Source of the DNA: Burkholderiales bacterium
GTDB lineage: Bacteria > Pseudomonadota > Gammaproteobacteria > Burkholderiales > Casimicrobiaceae
Reading direction: 5' to 3'
DNA length: 64,000 nt
Assembly (NCBI GenBank): GCA_015075645.1
Contig: JABTUF010000007.1
Location: 300,501 to 364,500, forward strand
The notes below the pieces were generated by a model, which was given only the letters and a program-made list of their open reading frames with translations, did not search any database and was not told where the DNA came from. Positions 17,416-29,301 of this stretch are shown here, piece by piece. Positions within the stretch are counted from its first letter, which is position 1. Each line of letters starts with the position of its first letter. The position numbers and the translations under genes were made by a program.

Positions 17416-18930
17416 TCAGACCTTAGCGAGCCCAACCTTGTCTCGACCCTCCAAGGCATTCAACGCCGCCAAGAGGCGTCGCGCGCCATCCTCAATCGCA
17501 TCGGTGCCCAGGAGCGCATAGCCCATGACAAAGCCAGCGGGCCGCTGCACAGCCGTGCGGGACCGAGTGCGCGTCGGGAGGTAGAGCGGCCCGACCGGAT
17601 AGACCCGCACGCTGCGCTCACGCGCCGCCTGCACCAGCGCTGTCTCTGCACTCGCCGGCAAGCCCGGGATCCAAGCCACGAGGTGCAGCCCACTGGCCGC
17701 CCCCTGGATCCGCACGCGATCGCCAAAGTGCATGGCGAGCGCATCCGTCAGCGCGCGCTGTCGGGCCTGCTGCAGGCGTCGCATGCGGCGCACGTGGCGG
17801 TCGTAGCTTCCATCGTCCAGCAGCACGGCCAGGGCGCGCTGCAGGCCCGTGGCAGCGTGTCGATCCGCAACCCGCTTGGCGGCAACGAAGGTATCCACCA
17901 AGGTTCGCGGCAGCACCATGTAGCCGAGCCGAAGCTGTGGCGACAGCGTCTTGGAGAACGTGCCGACGTGGATCACGCAGCCGCGACGATCGAGTGACAG
18001 CAGCGTCGCCTCCGGCCGCACCGAGTAGCGGTACTCGCTGTCGTAGTCGTCCTCGATGATCCACGCATGCCGTCGTGCGGCCCAGGCAAGTAACGCGCTG
18101 CGCCGAGCCATCGGCATGAAGGACCCGAGCGGAAACTGATGCGTCGGGGTGACGTACGCCACGCGTGCCGGCCCGAGCGCCGCCAGCGCGTCGGTCCGCA
18201 GCCCGTGTTCGTCGACGTCCACGCCCAGCAGCTTGGCGCCGCAGGCCTCGAAGGCATGGTGCGCCATGCGGTAGCCCGGGTTCTCGACGATCACACTCTC
18301 GCCGGGATCGACCAGCAGCCGGGCGCACAGGTCCAGCGCCTGTTGCGACCCGTTGACGATCATGATCTGCTCGACGCTGCAGGACACGCCCTTGGTCCGG
18401 CTCAGGTGCGTCTGCAGCGCACGGCGCAACACGAGGTTGCCGCGCGGATCCTCGTATTCCAGTCGATGGACGCGCTGTCGCTCGACTGCACGAAGTGCCT
18501 TCAGCCAGGTCTGGGTTGGAAAGTCGCCGCCAGCCAGGGGGCCGTAGACGAAGTCGATCTCCGCCGGCGCGGTCGGACCCGCATCGCGGATACCCATCGC
18601 CGCGATGCGCCGGCCGACGGCGGACAGCCTGCCCGCCACCCGACCGGCCTCGTCGCGCTCCTGGCGGGCACCGCCAGCACGGCGCAGCGAGGCCACCGCG
18701 CCTTCGGCCACCCGGCTCATGGCGCCAGGACGGGTGTCGATGAAGCCATCGGCCGCTAGTTGTTCGTAGACCAGCGTCACGGTGCCGCGCGACAAGCCCC
18801 GCTCAGCGGCGAGCGCGCGCGAGGACGGCAGCGGCGTACCGGCCGCATAGGTGCCGTCCGCGATGCGCGCGCGGAATTCCTCGTACAGCGCACGGCTGAG
18901 TCCGCGCCGGCGATCTGGGTCAGCGGGCAT
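17416..18930 (-). CDS. MocR-subfamily GntR regulator fused to a PLP-dependent aminotransferase-like domain
   Basis: The ORF has a GntR wHTH (LPSSRALAAERGLSRGTVTLVYEQLAADGFI) and a fold-type-I domain with SFSKTLSPQLRLGY. The start was chosen at MPADP (18930) because 18931-18978 is visibly AT-richer than coding DNA. The ORF itself opens at 18978. Confidence 0.8.
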   Translation of the reverse strand: MPADPDRRRGLSRALYEEFRARIADGTYAAGTPLPSSRALAAERGLSRGTVTLVYEQLAADGFIDTRPGAMSRVAEGAVASLRRAGGARQERDEAGRVAGRLSAVGRRIAAMGIRDAGPTAPAEIDFVYGPLAGGDFPTQTWLKALRAVERQRVHRLEYEDPRGNLVLRRALQTHLSRTKGVSCSVEQIMIVNGSQQALDLCARLLVDPGESVIVENPGYRMAHHAFEACGAKLLGVDVDEHGLRTDALAALGPARVAYVTPTHQFPLGSFMPMARRSALLAWAARRHAWIIEDDYDSEYRYSVRPEATLLSLDRRGCVIHVGTFSKTLSPQLRLGYMVLPRTLVDTFVAAKRVADRHAATGLQRALAVLLDDGSYDRHVRRMRRLQQARQRALTDALAMHFGDRVRIQGAASGLHLVAWIPGLPASAETALVQAARERSVRVYPVGPLYLPTRTRSRTAVQRPAGFVMGYALLGTDAIEDGARRLLAALNALEGRDKVGLAKV

Positions 18931-18933
18931 GGT

Positions 18934-18967
18934 GGGAAACTGGTCCAGTGAGATTGTCGGGAACTGG
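18934..18967. promoter_or_regulatory. direct repeat GGGAAACTGG / GGGAACTGG, 25 bp apart; candidate MocR operator
   Basis: Read directly in the divergent MocR/PaiB spacer. MocR regulators typically bind spaced direct repeats. Confidence 0.3.
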
Positions 18968-19041
18968 ATATTTTCCACGTGCCGGCCTCAAGGCACAGTG
19001 AGGGTCCGCCGGTCTCCGGTCGCCCACTCGCAAAGCGCCCC

Positions 19042-19686
19042 ATGTACCTTCCCCAGCAATTCGCCGAGGCCCGCGTCGAAGAGCTTCATCGCATCGTGCG
19101 CGAGAACGCGCTCGGCATGCTCGTCCGGCCCACGGGGGCGGGCTTCGAAGCCGACCACCTGCCGTTCATGCTGGAGGCGGCGCCGGACGGTCCGGGGACG
19201 CTGATCGCCCACGTCGCCCGCGCCAACCCGGTGTGGCGAGAGATCGGCAGTGGCGACCCGGTGCTCGTCGTCTTCCGTGGCGTGCAGGGCTACATCTCGC
19301 CGAACTGGTATCCCGGCAAGCACGAGACGCACCGCCGCGTGCCGACCTGGAACTACGAGATCGTGCATGCCCACGGGACGATCCACGTGCACGACGATGA
19401 GAAGTTCGTGCGCGGCGTCGTGGCCCGCCTGACCCGCCAGCACGAGGCGGACCAGCCGCAGCCCTGGAAGATGGGCGACGCACCGGCCGACTACCTGGCC
19501 GAGCAGCTGAGCCACATCGTCGGCATCGAGGTCAGGCTGACCCGCCTGGAGGGCAAGCGCAAGCTCAACCAGCATCACGCGGTGCCGGACCGTGAAGGCG
19601 CTATCCGCGGTCTGGAGTCCGTCGGCAATGCCGGCCTGGCGCAAGCCATGCGAGACACTGCGACACCGCCCGCTGAGGGCGCATGA
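19042..19686 (+). CDS. PaiB-family FMN-binding (PNPOx-fold) putative regulator
   Basis: Starts [28 protein letters not shown] inside ORF 18979..19686. Divergent from the MocR gene. Confidence 0.65.
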   Translation: MYLPQQFAEARVEELHRIVRENALGMLVRPTGAGFEADHLPFMLEAAPDGPGTLIAHVARANPVWREIGSGDPVLVVFRGVQGYISPNWYPGKHETHRRVPTWNYEIVHAHGTIHVHDDEKFVRGVVARLTRQHEADQPQPWKMGDAPADYLAEQLSHIVGIEVRLTRLEGKRKLNQHHAVPDREGAIRGLESVGNAGLAQAMRDTATPPAEGA

Positions 19687-20057
19687 ACCGCGACGGCCCA
19701 CGCCGCACAGGAGACGACCGGGTGTACAGCGCGACCTTCACCTTCGCCAAGGGCGAGTACGACGACGAGTTCCATCGCCGCGACCAGGCGATTGCCGAGA
19801 TCGCGAAGGCGATCCCCGGCTACCTGGGCGAGGAGGCCTGGGAGAACCCGGCGAGCGGGCTGATCTCGACCGTCTACTACTGGCAGACGCTGGAGGCGCT
19901 TCAGCAGCTCGTCGAGCACCCCCTGCACCGCGCCGCAAAGGACCTGCAGGGCCGCTGGATCCGTGGCTATCACATCACCATCGCGCAGGTGCTGCGCAGC
20001 TACGGCGATGGCGGCATCGCCCATCCACTCGGTGCCACGCCCCCCGGCCACGAGTGA
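19683..20057 (+). CDS. ABM (Dabb-fold) monooxygenase-like domain protein
   Basis: 124-aa ORF with [40 protein letters not shown]. 4-nt overlap with the upstream gene. Confidence 0.45.
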   Translation: MNRDGPRRTGDDRVYSATFTFAKGEYDDEFHRRDQAIAEIAKAIPGYLGEEAWENPASGLISTVYYWQTLEALQQLVEHPLHRAAKDLQGRWIRGYHITIAQVLRSYGDGGIAHPLGATPPGHE

Positions 20058-20074
20058 ACGAAGAAGACGCATCC

Positions 20075-20392
20075 ATGGCGTGGCTGTTGCTGATCATCGC
20101 CGGTCTGCTCGAAGTGGGCTGGGCCATCGGCCTGAAGTACACCGAGGGCTTCACGCGGGTCTGGCCGAGCCTGTTCACGCTCGGGACCATGGTGTTAAGC
20201 GTCGTGCTGCTCGGCGTGGCGATGAAGTCGCTGCCGGTCGGGACCTCCTATGCCGTGTGGGTCGGCGTCGGCGCGGTCGGCACGGCGATCCTCGGCATGG
20301 TGTTGTTCGGCGAGCCAGCCACGGCCGGGCGGCTAGCGAGCCTTGGACTCATCGTTGCCGGCATCGTCGGATTGAAGCTGGCCAGCGCCTGA
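20075..20392 (+). CDS. sugE: SMR-family small multidrug/guanidinium exporter (SugE/Gdx type)
   Basis: Reads [26 protein letters not shown]...[21 protein letters not shown] inside ORF 19592..20392. Confidence 0.8.
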   Translation: MAWLLLIIAGLLEVGWAIGLKYTEGFTRVWPSLFTLGTMVLSVVLLGVAMKSLPVGTSYAVWVGVGAVGTAILGMVLFGEPATAGRLASLGLIVAGIVGLKLASA

Positions 20393-20426
20393 TGGCACCC
20401 CAAACAACATTGCCCATCGAGATACC

Positions 20427-21554
20427 TTGAACATGAACGCAGACAACACCCAGCTCCAGCCCGACTCCTGGCTCGTCACCGCCGGTCGCTCCTCGGAGCC
20501 CGGATCGCCGCTGAACGTGCCGCTCGTACCTGCATCGAACTTCATCATCGGCGGCAAGCGCGAGTATTCGCGTGACGACGGCACGCCAACCTGGGAAGCC
20601 CTCGAACAGCTCGTCGGGGGCCTGGAGTCTGGGCGCTCGGTGGCCTTCGCGTCCGGCATGGCGGCCATCGCCGCGGTCTTCGATCAGCTCCACGCTGGCA
20701 CGACCGTGGTGCTGCCGGACGACTGCTACCAGGGCGTCGCCGGACTGGTGGCGGCCGGCGCCGATCGCGGTCGCTGGTCGGTGCGGCGCGTGGCGCTGCA
20801 CGACACGGCGGGCTGGATCGACGCCTGCCGCACGGCCGACCTGGTCTGGCTTGAGTCGCCTTCGAACCCGTTGCTCGGCGTGGCAGACCTCGAGGCGATC
20901 TGCGCCGCGCCGCGGAAGCCAGGCGCCATCGTGGCTGTCGACAACACCTTCGCCACGCCGCTGAACCAGCGCCCGCTGGACTTCGGCGCGACGGTGTCAC
21001 TGCAGTCCGCAACCAAGTTCATCGGCGGCCACTCCGACCTGCTGGCGGGCGTGGCGACGACGAAGGACGAGGCGTTCTGGCACGCGCTCAAGAAGTCGCG
21101 CGAATTGACCGGTGCGACGCCGGGTACGCTGGAATCGTTCCTGGCGGTGCGCGGTGCACGAACGATGGCACTGCGGCTGCAGCGGGCGCAGCAGTCGGCG
21201 ATGGTGCTGGCCGAGCGGTTGGCTGCGCACCCGGCGGTCGAGTTGGCTCGCTACCCCGGTCTGCCCTCACACCCGACCCATGCGACGGCCAGGCGGGTGC
21301 TCAGAGGCTACGGCACGATCATCTCGTTCGATGTTCGCGGTGGCGCTGCGCGGGCCGATGCGGTGTGCCGTCGTACGGGCCTGATCCAGCACGCGACCAG
21401 CCTTGGTGCTGTCGAGTCGACGATGGAGCGCCGCGCGGCGATTCCGGGACAGGAGCATCTGCCACCGTCGTTGCTGAGGCTGAGCGTCGGCATCGAGGAC
21501 GTCGAGGATATCTGGCGAGACCTCGACAATGCCTTGGTCGCGACAAGCGCGTGA
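20427..21554 (+). CDS. Cys/Met-metabolism PLP-dependent enzyme (cystathionine gamma-synthase / beta-lyase family)
   Basis: 375-aa ORF with SATKFIGGHSDLLAG (PLP lysine context) and the typical C-terminus LLRLSVGIEDVEDIWRDL. Confidence 0.8.
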   Translation: MNMNADNTQLQPDSWLVTAGRSSEPGSPLNVPLVPASNFIIGGKREYSRDDGTPTWEALEQLVGGLESGRSVAFASGMAAIAAVFDQLHAGTTVVLPDDCYQGVAGLVAAGADRGRWSVRRVALHDTAGWIDACRTADLVWLESPSNPLLGVADLEAICAAPRKPGAIVAVDNTFATPLNQRPLDFGATVSLQSATKFIGGHSDLLAGVATTKDEAFWHALKKSRELTGATPGTLESFLAVRGARTMALRLQRAQQSAMVLAERLAAHPAVELARYPGLPSHPTHATARRVLRGYGTIISFDVRGGAARADAVCRRTGLIQHATSLGAVESTMERRAAIPGQEHLPPSLLRLSVGIEDVEDIWRDLDNALVATSA

Positions 21555-21782
21555 CAGCGCTATGCGCTGAGGCCACTTGGCAGGCACGAATGTCTGCTGC
21601 TTACATGGATGATTGACCGTTGAGGGTCGAAGGCAGGTCTAGGATCTGCGCGACTGAGGGACCGGAGCAGGTCAGAGACCTGACGTTCGCGCGCAGCGAT
21701 GACGTTGAGCCCGATTGCCTGCGCCAACCGCGGCGAGTCGGCGCACAGGAGAACCTCCGTTGCCGCGGCCGCTAGGAACGAC

Positions 21783-23078
21783 TCAAATCGGCGCCGCCGT
21801 CGTCGCCACCTTCATCGTCGGCGGCAGCAGCGTCGGCGTGTGCGTCTTCCCCGCCACCCAGGCATCGATCATGTCCGCCCACTCCTGCAGCATGTGGCGG
21901 CGCTGCTCCGCGTACTCCGCCTTGTTGTAGACGCCGCGCGATGAGCGCCCGTCTTCGTGGGCCAGGCACTTCTCGATCCAGTCGCTGTTGAAGCCGAGCT
22001 CGTTCAGGATGGTCGAGCCGGTGCGGCGCAAATCGTGCACGGTGAAGGGCTCCAGCGGCAGCTTTGCTTCCTTGGCGCGCTCCGCGACGATCTGGGTGAC
22101 CCGGTTGAGGGTCGCCTTCGACATGCAGCGGTCGGCGTCGTAACGCGAGGGCAGCAGGAATTTCGAGCCGCTCGCGCAGGTGCGCAGCGCCACCATGATG
22201 TCGAGTGCCTGCTGCGACAGGTAGACGTTGTGGGGTTTCCCGGCCTTCATGCGGCTCTTCGGGATCGTCCAGACGGCGTTCTCGAAGTCGACCTCGTCCC
22301 AGGTCGCCTCGATCAGCTCGCTCTTGCGCACGAGCGTGAGCAGGATGAGGCGCAGTGCCAGGCGGATGGTCGGCAGCGTCGCCGTGGTGTCCAGCACCCG
22401 GTGCATGATGCGGATCTCGGTCGGCGACAGTGCGCGGTCCTTGGCCACGAAGGTGGCGATCGACGAAGGACCAACCTCGTCGGCGGGATTCGGCGCCTTC
22501 TCGCCGTGCAGCGCCGCGAAACCGAAGACCTGCTTGACGATGTCGCGCACGTGCACGGCCGTCGCCGGCGCTCCGCGCGCCTTGATCTTGGCGCACAGGT
22601 TGCGCAGGTCTTCCGGCCCGATCTCGGACATCAGCCGGTTGCGGAAGACCGGCAGGATGTCCCGGTCGATGATGCTCTTACGCATCGACCTGGTGCTGTC
22701 GGCCATCCTGGCCTCTTCCAGCCAGCGCTTGGTGAATTCCTCGAAGGTCTGGGCCTCGGACCGTCGGCGCTTGTCGCGCTGCTTTTCCTGGGCGGGGGAG
22801 ATGCCTTCGGCGATGGCCTTTCTCGCCTCCATGCAGCGCTCGCGCGCCATGAGCAGCGAGATTCCGTCCTTCGTGCCGTAGCGGCCGATGGTGAGCGTCT
22901 CGCGGCGGCCGTTGAGCCGGTAGTCGAGGCGGAACGTGATCGTGCCCCTCGGGGAGACGGTCACGTACATCCCGTCCCGGTCGGCGATCTTGTAGGTGGT
23001 GCCCTGGGGCTTGATGCCCCTGAGCGTGCCATCGGACAGCATCGGCGGTCCCTCCTCTCGGAGAAATTTTACCGTCAT
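21783..23078 (-). CDS. int: P4-type tyrosine integrase with DUF4102-like N-terminal arm-binding domain
   Basis: 431-aa ORF. N-terminus: LSDGTLRGIKPQGTTYKIADRDGMYVTVSPRGTITFRLDYR. Catalytic region: HDLRRTGST...LAHEDGRSSRGVYNKAEY. Confidence 0.85.
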   Translation of the reverse strand: MTVKFLREEGPPMLSDGTLRGIKPQGTTYKIADRDGMYVTVSPRGTITFRLDYRLNGRRETLTIGRYGTKDGISLLMARERCMEARKAIAEGISPAQEKQRDKRRRSEAQTFEEFTKRWLEEARMADSTRSMRKSIIDRDILPVFRNRLMSEIGPEDLRNLCAKIKARGAPATAVHVRDIVKQVFGFAALHGEKAPNPADEVGPSSIATFVAKDRALSPTEIRIMHRVLDTTATLPTIRLALRLILLTLVRKSELIEATWDEVDFENAVWTIPKSRMKAGKPHNVYLSQQALDIMVALRTCASGSKFLLPSRYDADRCMSKATLNRVTQIVAERAKEAKLPLEPFTVHDLRRTGSTILNELGFNSDWIEKCLAHEDGRSSRGVYNKAEYAEQRRHMLQEWADMIDAWVAGKTHTPTLLPPTMKVATTAAPI

Positions 23079-23223
23079 GCTGAAACGGTGGCTACATCTT
23101 CGCTAAGTTATTGATTTTAGTCGTCTTTGTTGCCGTTTCTTTACCGTCACTGCTCGCGTTCACATGACGGTAAAAACTTCGGATGCCGCCGGCCTCTGAT
23201 TTCTACCGTCAGATTTACCGTCA
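23067..23223. repeat. five copies of a TTTACCGTCA-type 10-11-mer; candidate integrase arm-type sites
   Basis: Copies at 23067-77, 23139-49, 23165-75 (inverted), 23201-11 and 23213-23. A degenerate copy (CTTTACGGTAC) lies at 23275-85. Confidence 0.5.
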
Positions 23224-23339
23224 ACATGAAACGCACCCCACCGATAGATGTCGATAGACCACGACAGATGTTTTCTTTACGGTACAACGACTTAGGTTCA
23301 ATTCTCGATCGATCTCGATTGACCCTGAAAGACGCCGAA

Positions 23340-24959
23340 TCATTCCCACTCGATCGTCGCCGGCGGCTTGCTCGAGACGTCGTAGACGACGCGGTTGATG
23401 CCGCGCACCTCGTTGGTGATGCGGTTCGACACGCGCGCGATGAGATCGTGCGGCAGGTGCGCCCAGTGCGCGGTCATGAAGTCGGTGGTCTGCACGGCGC
23501 GCAGCGCGACGGCGTGCTCGTAGGTGCGGCCGTCGCCCATCACGCCGACCGAGCGGATCGGCAGGAACACCGCGAACGCCTGCGCGGTCAGGTCGTACCA
23601 GGACGTCCCGCTCGCGTCGCGCGTCGCGCGCAGCTCGTCGATGAAGATCGCGTCGGCGCGGCGCAGGAGTTCCGCGTACTCGCGCTTCACCTCGCCCAGG
23701 ATGCGCACGCCGAGCCCCGGTCCCGGGAACGGGTGCCGGAACACCATCTCGCGCGGCAGCCCGAGTTCGAGTCCCAGCTCGCGCACCTCGTCCTTGAAGA
23801 GCTCGCGCAGCGGCTCGAGCAGCTCGAGGTGCAGCGTCTCGGGCAGGCCCCCGACGTTGTGGTGCGACTTGATCGTGTGCGCCTTCTTCGTCTTCGCGCC
23901 GGCGCTCTCGATCACGTCCGGATAGATCGTGCCCTGCGCGAGCCATTTCGCACGCGGGAGCTTCGCCGCCTCGCGCTGGAACACGTCGACGAAGAGCTTG
24001 CCGATGACCTTCCGCTTCGCTTCCGGGTCGTCGATGCCGGCGAGCGCGGACAGGAACTCGGCGGAGGCGTCCACATGCACCACGTGCACGCCGAGATTGC
24101 GCGCGAAGGTGTCCATCACCTGCGTCGCCTCGTCCTGGCGCAACAGGCCGTGGTCGACGAACACGCAGGTGAGGCGATCGCCGATCGCGCGGTGGATGAG
24201 CGCCGCCGCGACCGACGAGTCGACGCCTCCCGACAGGCCGAGGATCACCTCGTCGTCGCCGGCCTTCGCGCGGATCGAGGCGACCGCCTCGTCGACGTAG
24301 TCGTGCATGTTCCAGTCTTCGCCGCAGCCGCAAATCTCATGCGCGAAGCGCGCGAGGATCGCCCTCCCCTGCTTCGTGTGCGTGACCTCGGGGTGGAACT
24401 GCACGCCGTAGAGGCCGCGCGCGTCGTCGGCCATCGCGGCGATCGCGCAGGCGTCCGACGAACCGATCAGCCGGAAGCCGGGCGGCAGCGCGGTCACCTT
24501 GTCGCCGTGGCTCATCCAGGTGTCGAGGATGCCGTGCCCGTCGGCGTTGGCGCGGTCCTGGATGTCGCGGAAGAGCGCCGAGTGCCCGCGCGCGCGCATC
24601 TCCGCGTAACCGAATTCGCGCACGTGGCCGGGTTCGACCTTGCCGCCCAGTTCGTGCGCCATCGTCTGCATGCCGTAGCAGATGCCGAGCACCGGCACGC
24701 CCAGCGCCCACACCGCCGCCGGCACGCGACCGGCGTCCTCGTCGTAGACGCTCGCGTGACTGCCGGACAGGATCACGCCCTTCGCGCCGAAGCCGAGCAC
24801 GAACGCGTCGTCGACGTCGTTCGGGTGGATCTCGCAGTAGACGTGCGACTCGCGCAGGCGGCGCGCGATCAGTTGCGTGACCTGCGAGCCGAAGTCGAGG
24901 ATCAGGATGCGGTCGTGCGCGCGGGGCGTCACCGCGCCGGCAGGTCGGGCGTCGGGCAT
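23340..24959 (-). CDS. guaA: GMP synthase (glutamine-hydrolysing)
   Basis: 539-aa ORF with a GATase N-domain ([24 protein letters not shown]), an ATP-PPase motif (SGGVDSSV) and a C-terminal ...KPPATIEWE. Confidence 0.95.
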   Translation of the reverse strand: MPDARPAGAVTPRAHDRILILDFGSQVTQLIARRLRESHVYCEIHPNDVDDAFVLGFGAKGVILSGSHASVYDEDAGRVPAAVWALGVPVLGICYGMQTMAHELGGKVEPGHVREFGYAEMRARGHSALFRDIQDRANADGHGILDTWMSHGDKVTALPPGFRLIGSSDACAIAAMADDARGLYGVQFHPEVTHTKQGRAILARFAHEICGCGEDWNMHDYVDEAVASIRAKAGDDEVILGLSGGVDSSVAAALIHRAIGDRLTCVFVDHGLLRQDEATQVMDTFARNLGVHVVHVDASAEFLSALAGIDDPEAKRKVIGKLFVDVFQREAAKLPRAKWLAQGTIYPDVIESAGAKTKKAHTIKSHHNVGGLPETLHLELLEPLRELFKDEVRELGLELGLPREMVFRHPFPGPGLGVRILGEVKREYAELLRRADAIFIDELRATRDASGTSWYDLTAQAFAVFLPIRSVGVMGDGRTYEHAVALRAVQTTDFMTAHWAHLPHDLIARVSNRITNEVRGINRVVYDVSSKPPATIEWE

Positions 24960-24963
24960 GCCG

Positions 24964-26469
<1,506 letters not shown>

Positions 26470-26690
26470 TTATACGCGGCAGCGACGGGCATACCCGAGC
26501 GGTCCTGACGGGAGTTCCGAGGTTCCGCGATCGCGGGGCCGTGCCGCCCCCTCCCACGGGCGTCGGCACGCCGGCCCGGTGGAGCGCCCACGTGGCGCTT
26601 CTCCCGGTGTCGCGCCGTCGCCACGCGCAGGTACGGTGCGCCGCCGGGGGTTCGTTGACGCCGGCCTCGCGCCTCGGGTACCGTGGCTGC

Positions 26691-27176
26691 ATGAATCACG
26701 CGCACCCGAACCGCAAGACGATGGGGACCGCGTTCCTGGCCGCCGGCGTCCTGGCGCTCGCGCTCGCCGCGGGAGGAGCCTCCGCCACGCTCTACAAGTG
26801 GACCGACGCCAGCGGTCGGGTGGTCTATTCCGACCAGCCGCCGCCCGGTGGCGTCAAGTACGACGTCGTCGGCGGCGCCGCGCCGCCCGACAACCCGAAC
26901 GCGGCCCGCGACCTCGCCAGCCAGGAGGCCCAGTTCAAGAAGGCGCAGCGCGAGCGCGCGGAGGCCGACGCCAAGGCGGGCAAGACGCGCGCGGACGCGG
27001 CGAAGCGGGCCGAAGTGTGCGAACAGGCGCGGGCGGGCATTCGCACCTACCAGAACGACAACGTTCCCGTCGTCACGATCAACGCGAAGGGGGAGCAGGT
27101 CGTCGTCGACGCGGCCGAACGGGCGCGACGCCTCGCCGAACAGCAGCGGCTCGCGCGGGAATACTGCGGCAACTGA
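26691..27176 (+). CDS. DUF4124 domain protein with signal peptide
   Basis: Contains ATLYKWTDASGRVVYSDQPPPG inside ORF 26541..27176. The start at MNHAHP is uncertain. Confidence 0.6.
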   Translation: MNHAHPNRKTMGTAFLAAGVLALALAAGGASATLYKWTDASGRVVYSDQPPPGGVKYDVVGGAAPPDNPNAARDLASQEAQFKKAQRERAEADAKAGKTRADAAKRAEVCEQARAGIRTYQNDNVPVVTINAKGEQVVVDAAERARRLAEQQRLAREYCGN

Positions 27177-27207
27177 CGCCGCGCCCCCGCACCCCGCGCC
27201 GCTCGCG

Positions 27208-29187
27208 CTACTGCGGCAGCCCTCGCGGCGCGCGCTGGCGCGCCGGCGACTGCTGCTTCTGGGCCGGGGCCGTGCCGTCGTCGGACTTCACTTCGAGTTG
27301 CCCCTGCTCGATCTTCACGTCGGAGCGCGAACGCAGCGACGCCAAGTACGCCGACGCGAAATCGCGTCCGAGCTGGTCGCCCATCCGCTCCGCCGCGAGC
27401 TTCAGGCGTCCTTCGTCGTAGGTCGAAGGCGACGTCACCTTGCTCACGCGGTAGATCGTGAATCCGCCGCGCGGGTCGGTCGCGGTCACGTAGACCGGCA
27501 GTTTCGACGTGTCGGCCTGGAAGACGCGCAGCAAAGCGTCGGGGGGGAGCGTCGCGCCCGGCTGGTTGCGCGCCACCTCGACCGGCTTGCCGAACGCGAG
27601 TCCGGCGTCCTTGTCGGACTTGCCCTGCTCCAGGAGCGCGAGCTTCGCGCGTCCCGCGCGCTCGGCGGCGTCCGCCATCGCCTTGCGCTCGAGCTGCTGA
27701 CGGATCTCCGCCTTCACCTCGTCGAACGGCCGGGGCGCCGCCGCCTTGTGCTCGACGATTCTCCCGGCGATCAGCATGTTGGGCCCCGCCTCGATGGCGT
27801 CCGTGTTGCGCTTCGCCTGGATCGACGCCGGCGAGAACAGCGCCTCGACGAACGCCGGATTGTTCGCCGCGAGCGCCTGCGCCTGCGCCCGGGTGATGAA
27901 CGGCGTCGTCTGCACCGGGACGCCGAGCGCCTTGCCGACGCCTTCGAGCGAGTCCGCCTGCTCGTAGACGAGATTCTGGAACTGGTCGGCCGCGGCCTGG
28001 AACCGCTCGTGCGCCAGGCGCTGCCGGAGTTCGGCCTCGATCTGCGTCTTCACTTCCTCGAACGGACGCTTCGTCTCCTCGCGGGCACCGGTGACCTTGA
28101 TGACGTGCCAGCCGAACTCGGATTGCACCGGTCCCACGATGTCGCCCGGCTTCGCGGCGAACGCCGCGTTCTCGAACGCCTTCACCATCGTGCCCCGGCC
28201 GAACGCGCCGAGGTCGCCGCCCTGCGCGGCCGAGCCCGGGTCCTCGGACTTCGCCTTCGCGATCTCGGCGAAGCGTGCGGGGGCCGCGCGCACCTCGGCG
28301 GCGATCGCCTCGGCCTTCGCCTTGGCCGCGGCCTTCTCGGCGTCGCTCGCGTCCGGCTTCACCGCCACCAGGATGTGCGAGGCCGTCCGCTCGCCCGGCG
28401 AGGTGTAGCTCGCCTGGTTGGCGTCGTACTGCCTGCGCACGTCCTGCGGGTCGACCGTCACCTTCGCGGCGAGCGCGTCGACGTTCAGCACGACGTACTC
28501 GATCTTCGCCTGCTCGGGCGTCATCAGCGCGTCGGGATGCTGGTCGTAGTAGGCCTTCACCGCCGCGTCGTCGACCTTCGCCTCCTTCGCGTACGGCGCG
28601 GCGTCGATCGTCGCCTGCGCGACCTCGCGCTTCTGCTCGAGCAGCGCCAGGTAGCGTTCGGCCGACGCCTTCGCGACGATCGCCCCCTGCGTCAGCGGCT
28701 CGGACAGCGGCGCCTGGCTCATCTCCTGCCGCAACCGGTATTCGAAGAGCGCGGGCGACATGTTCTGGCCCTGCAGGACCATCCGGTAGCGTTCGGCGGA
28801 GAACTTGCCGTCCTCCTGGAACGCCGGGATCTCCGCGATCACCTGGGCGAGCTGGGCGTCGGTCACCCGCAGGCGCTCGCGCCGCGCCTCCTCGGCGAGC
28901 AGGCGCTGGTTCACCAGGTTCATCACCACGGCGTAGCGGACGTCGGGGTGGTCGATGACCGCGGAGTCGTAGGACTTGCCCATCTGCTGGCGAAGCCGGT
29001 CCGCGTGCTCGCGCAGCGCGTCCTCGAACTCGCGCCGCGTGATCTTGACGCCGTCGACCGTCGCGATCGTGTCCTCGACGCCGCTGCCGCGGAAGTAGTA
29101 GTCGACGCCGAAGAACATGAACGGCAGCGTGATCAGCGCCAGGACGACCTGGACCGCGCGCTTGTGCTTGCTCAGGAAATCGTACAT
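27208..29187 (-). CDS. ppiD: periplasmic chaperone / peptidyl-prolyl isomerase PpiD
   Basis: 659-aa ORF with an N-terminal TM segment, a SurA-N-like region and a parvulin domain (GGDLGAFGRGTMVKAFENAAF...SEFGWHVIKV). Its position after hupB matches the lon-hupB-ppiD synteny. Confidence 0.85.
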   Translation of the reverse strand: MYDFLSKHKRAVQVVLALITLPFMFFGVDYYFRGSGVEDTIATVDGVKITRREFEDALREHADRLRQQMGKSYDSAVIDHPDVRYAVVMNLVNQRLLAEEARRERLRVTDAQLAQVIAEIPAFQEDGKFSAERYRMVLQGQNMSPALFEYRLRQEMSQAPLSEPLTQGAIVAKASAERYLALLEQKREVAQATIDAAPYAKEAKVDDAAVKAYYDQHPDALMTPEQAKIEYVVLNVDALAAKVTVDPQDVRRQYDANQASYTSPGERTASHILVAVKPDASDAEKAAAKAKAEAIAAEVRAAPARFAEIAKAKSEDPGSAAQGGDLGAFGRGTMVKAFENAAFAAKPGDIVGPVQSEFGWHVIKVTGAREETKRPFEEVKTQIEAELRQRLAHERFQAAADQFQNLVYEQADSLEGVGKALGVPVQTTPFITRAQAQALAANNPAFVEALFSPASIQAKRNTDAIEAGPNMLIAGRIVEHKAAAPRPFDEVKAEIRQQLERKAMADAAERAGRAKLALLEQGKSDKDAGLAFGKPVEVARNQPGATLPPDALLRVFQADTSKLPVYVTATDPRGGFTIYRVSKVTSPSTYDEGRLKLAAERMGDQLGRDFASAYLASLRSRSDVKIEQGQLEVKSDDGTAPAQKQQSPARQRAPRGLPQ

Positions 29188-29301
29188 GGTGGCCTGCGGG
29201 CGGATCGTCCGCCTTTCGCCCGCTTGGACCGCGGGGCATCGCGGGGGTTTCCCTCCGCGCGAACACGAAAAAGGGCGAACACGGGTTCGCCCTTGGGGAG
29301 T

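Larger units (their letters stand above)
21783..23339. mobile_element. integration module of a genomic island inserted at the 3' end of guaA (island extent to the left unresolved)
   Basis: The integrase reads away from guaA. The 261-bp spacer is visibly AT-richer and carries the repeats. The guaA stop is at 23340. Confidence 0.55.

Noticed and set aside
20058-20074. Guanidine riboswitch upstream of the SugE/Gdx gene
   Set aside because: Only 17 nt separate sugE from the preceding gene, so there is no room for a ykkC or mini-ykkC structure.
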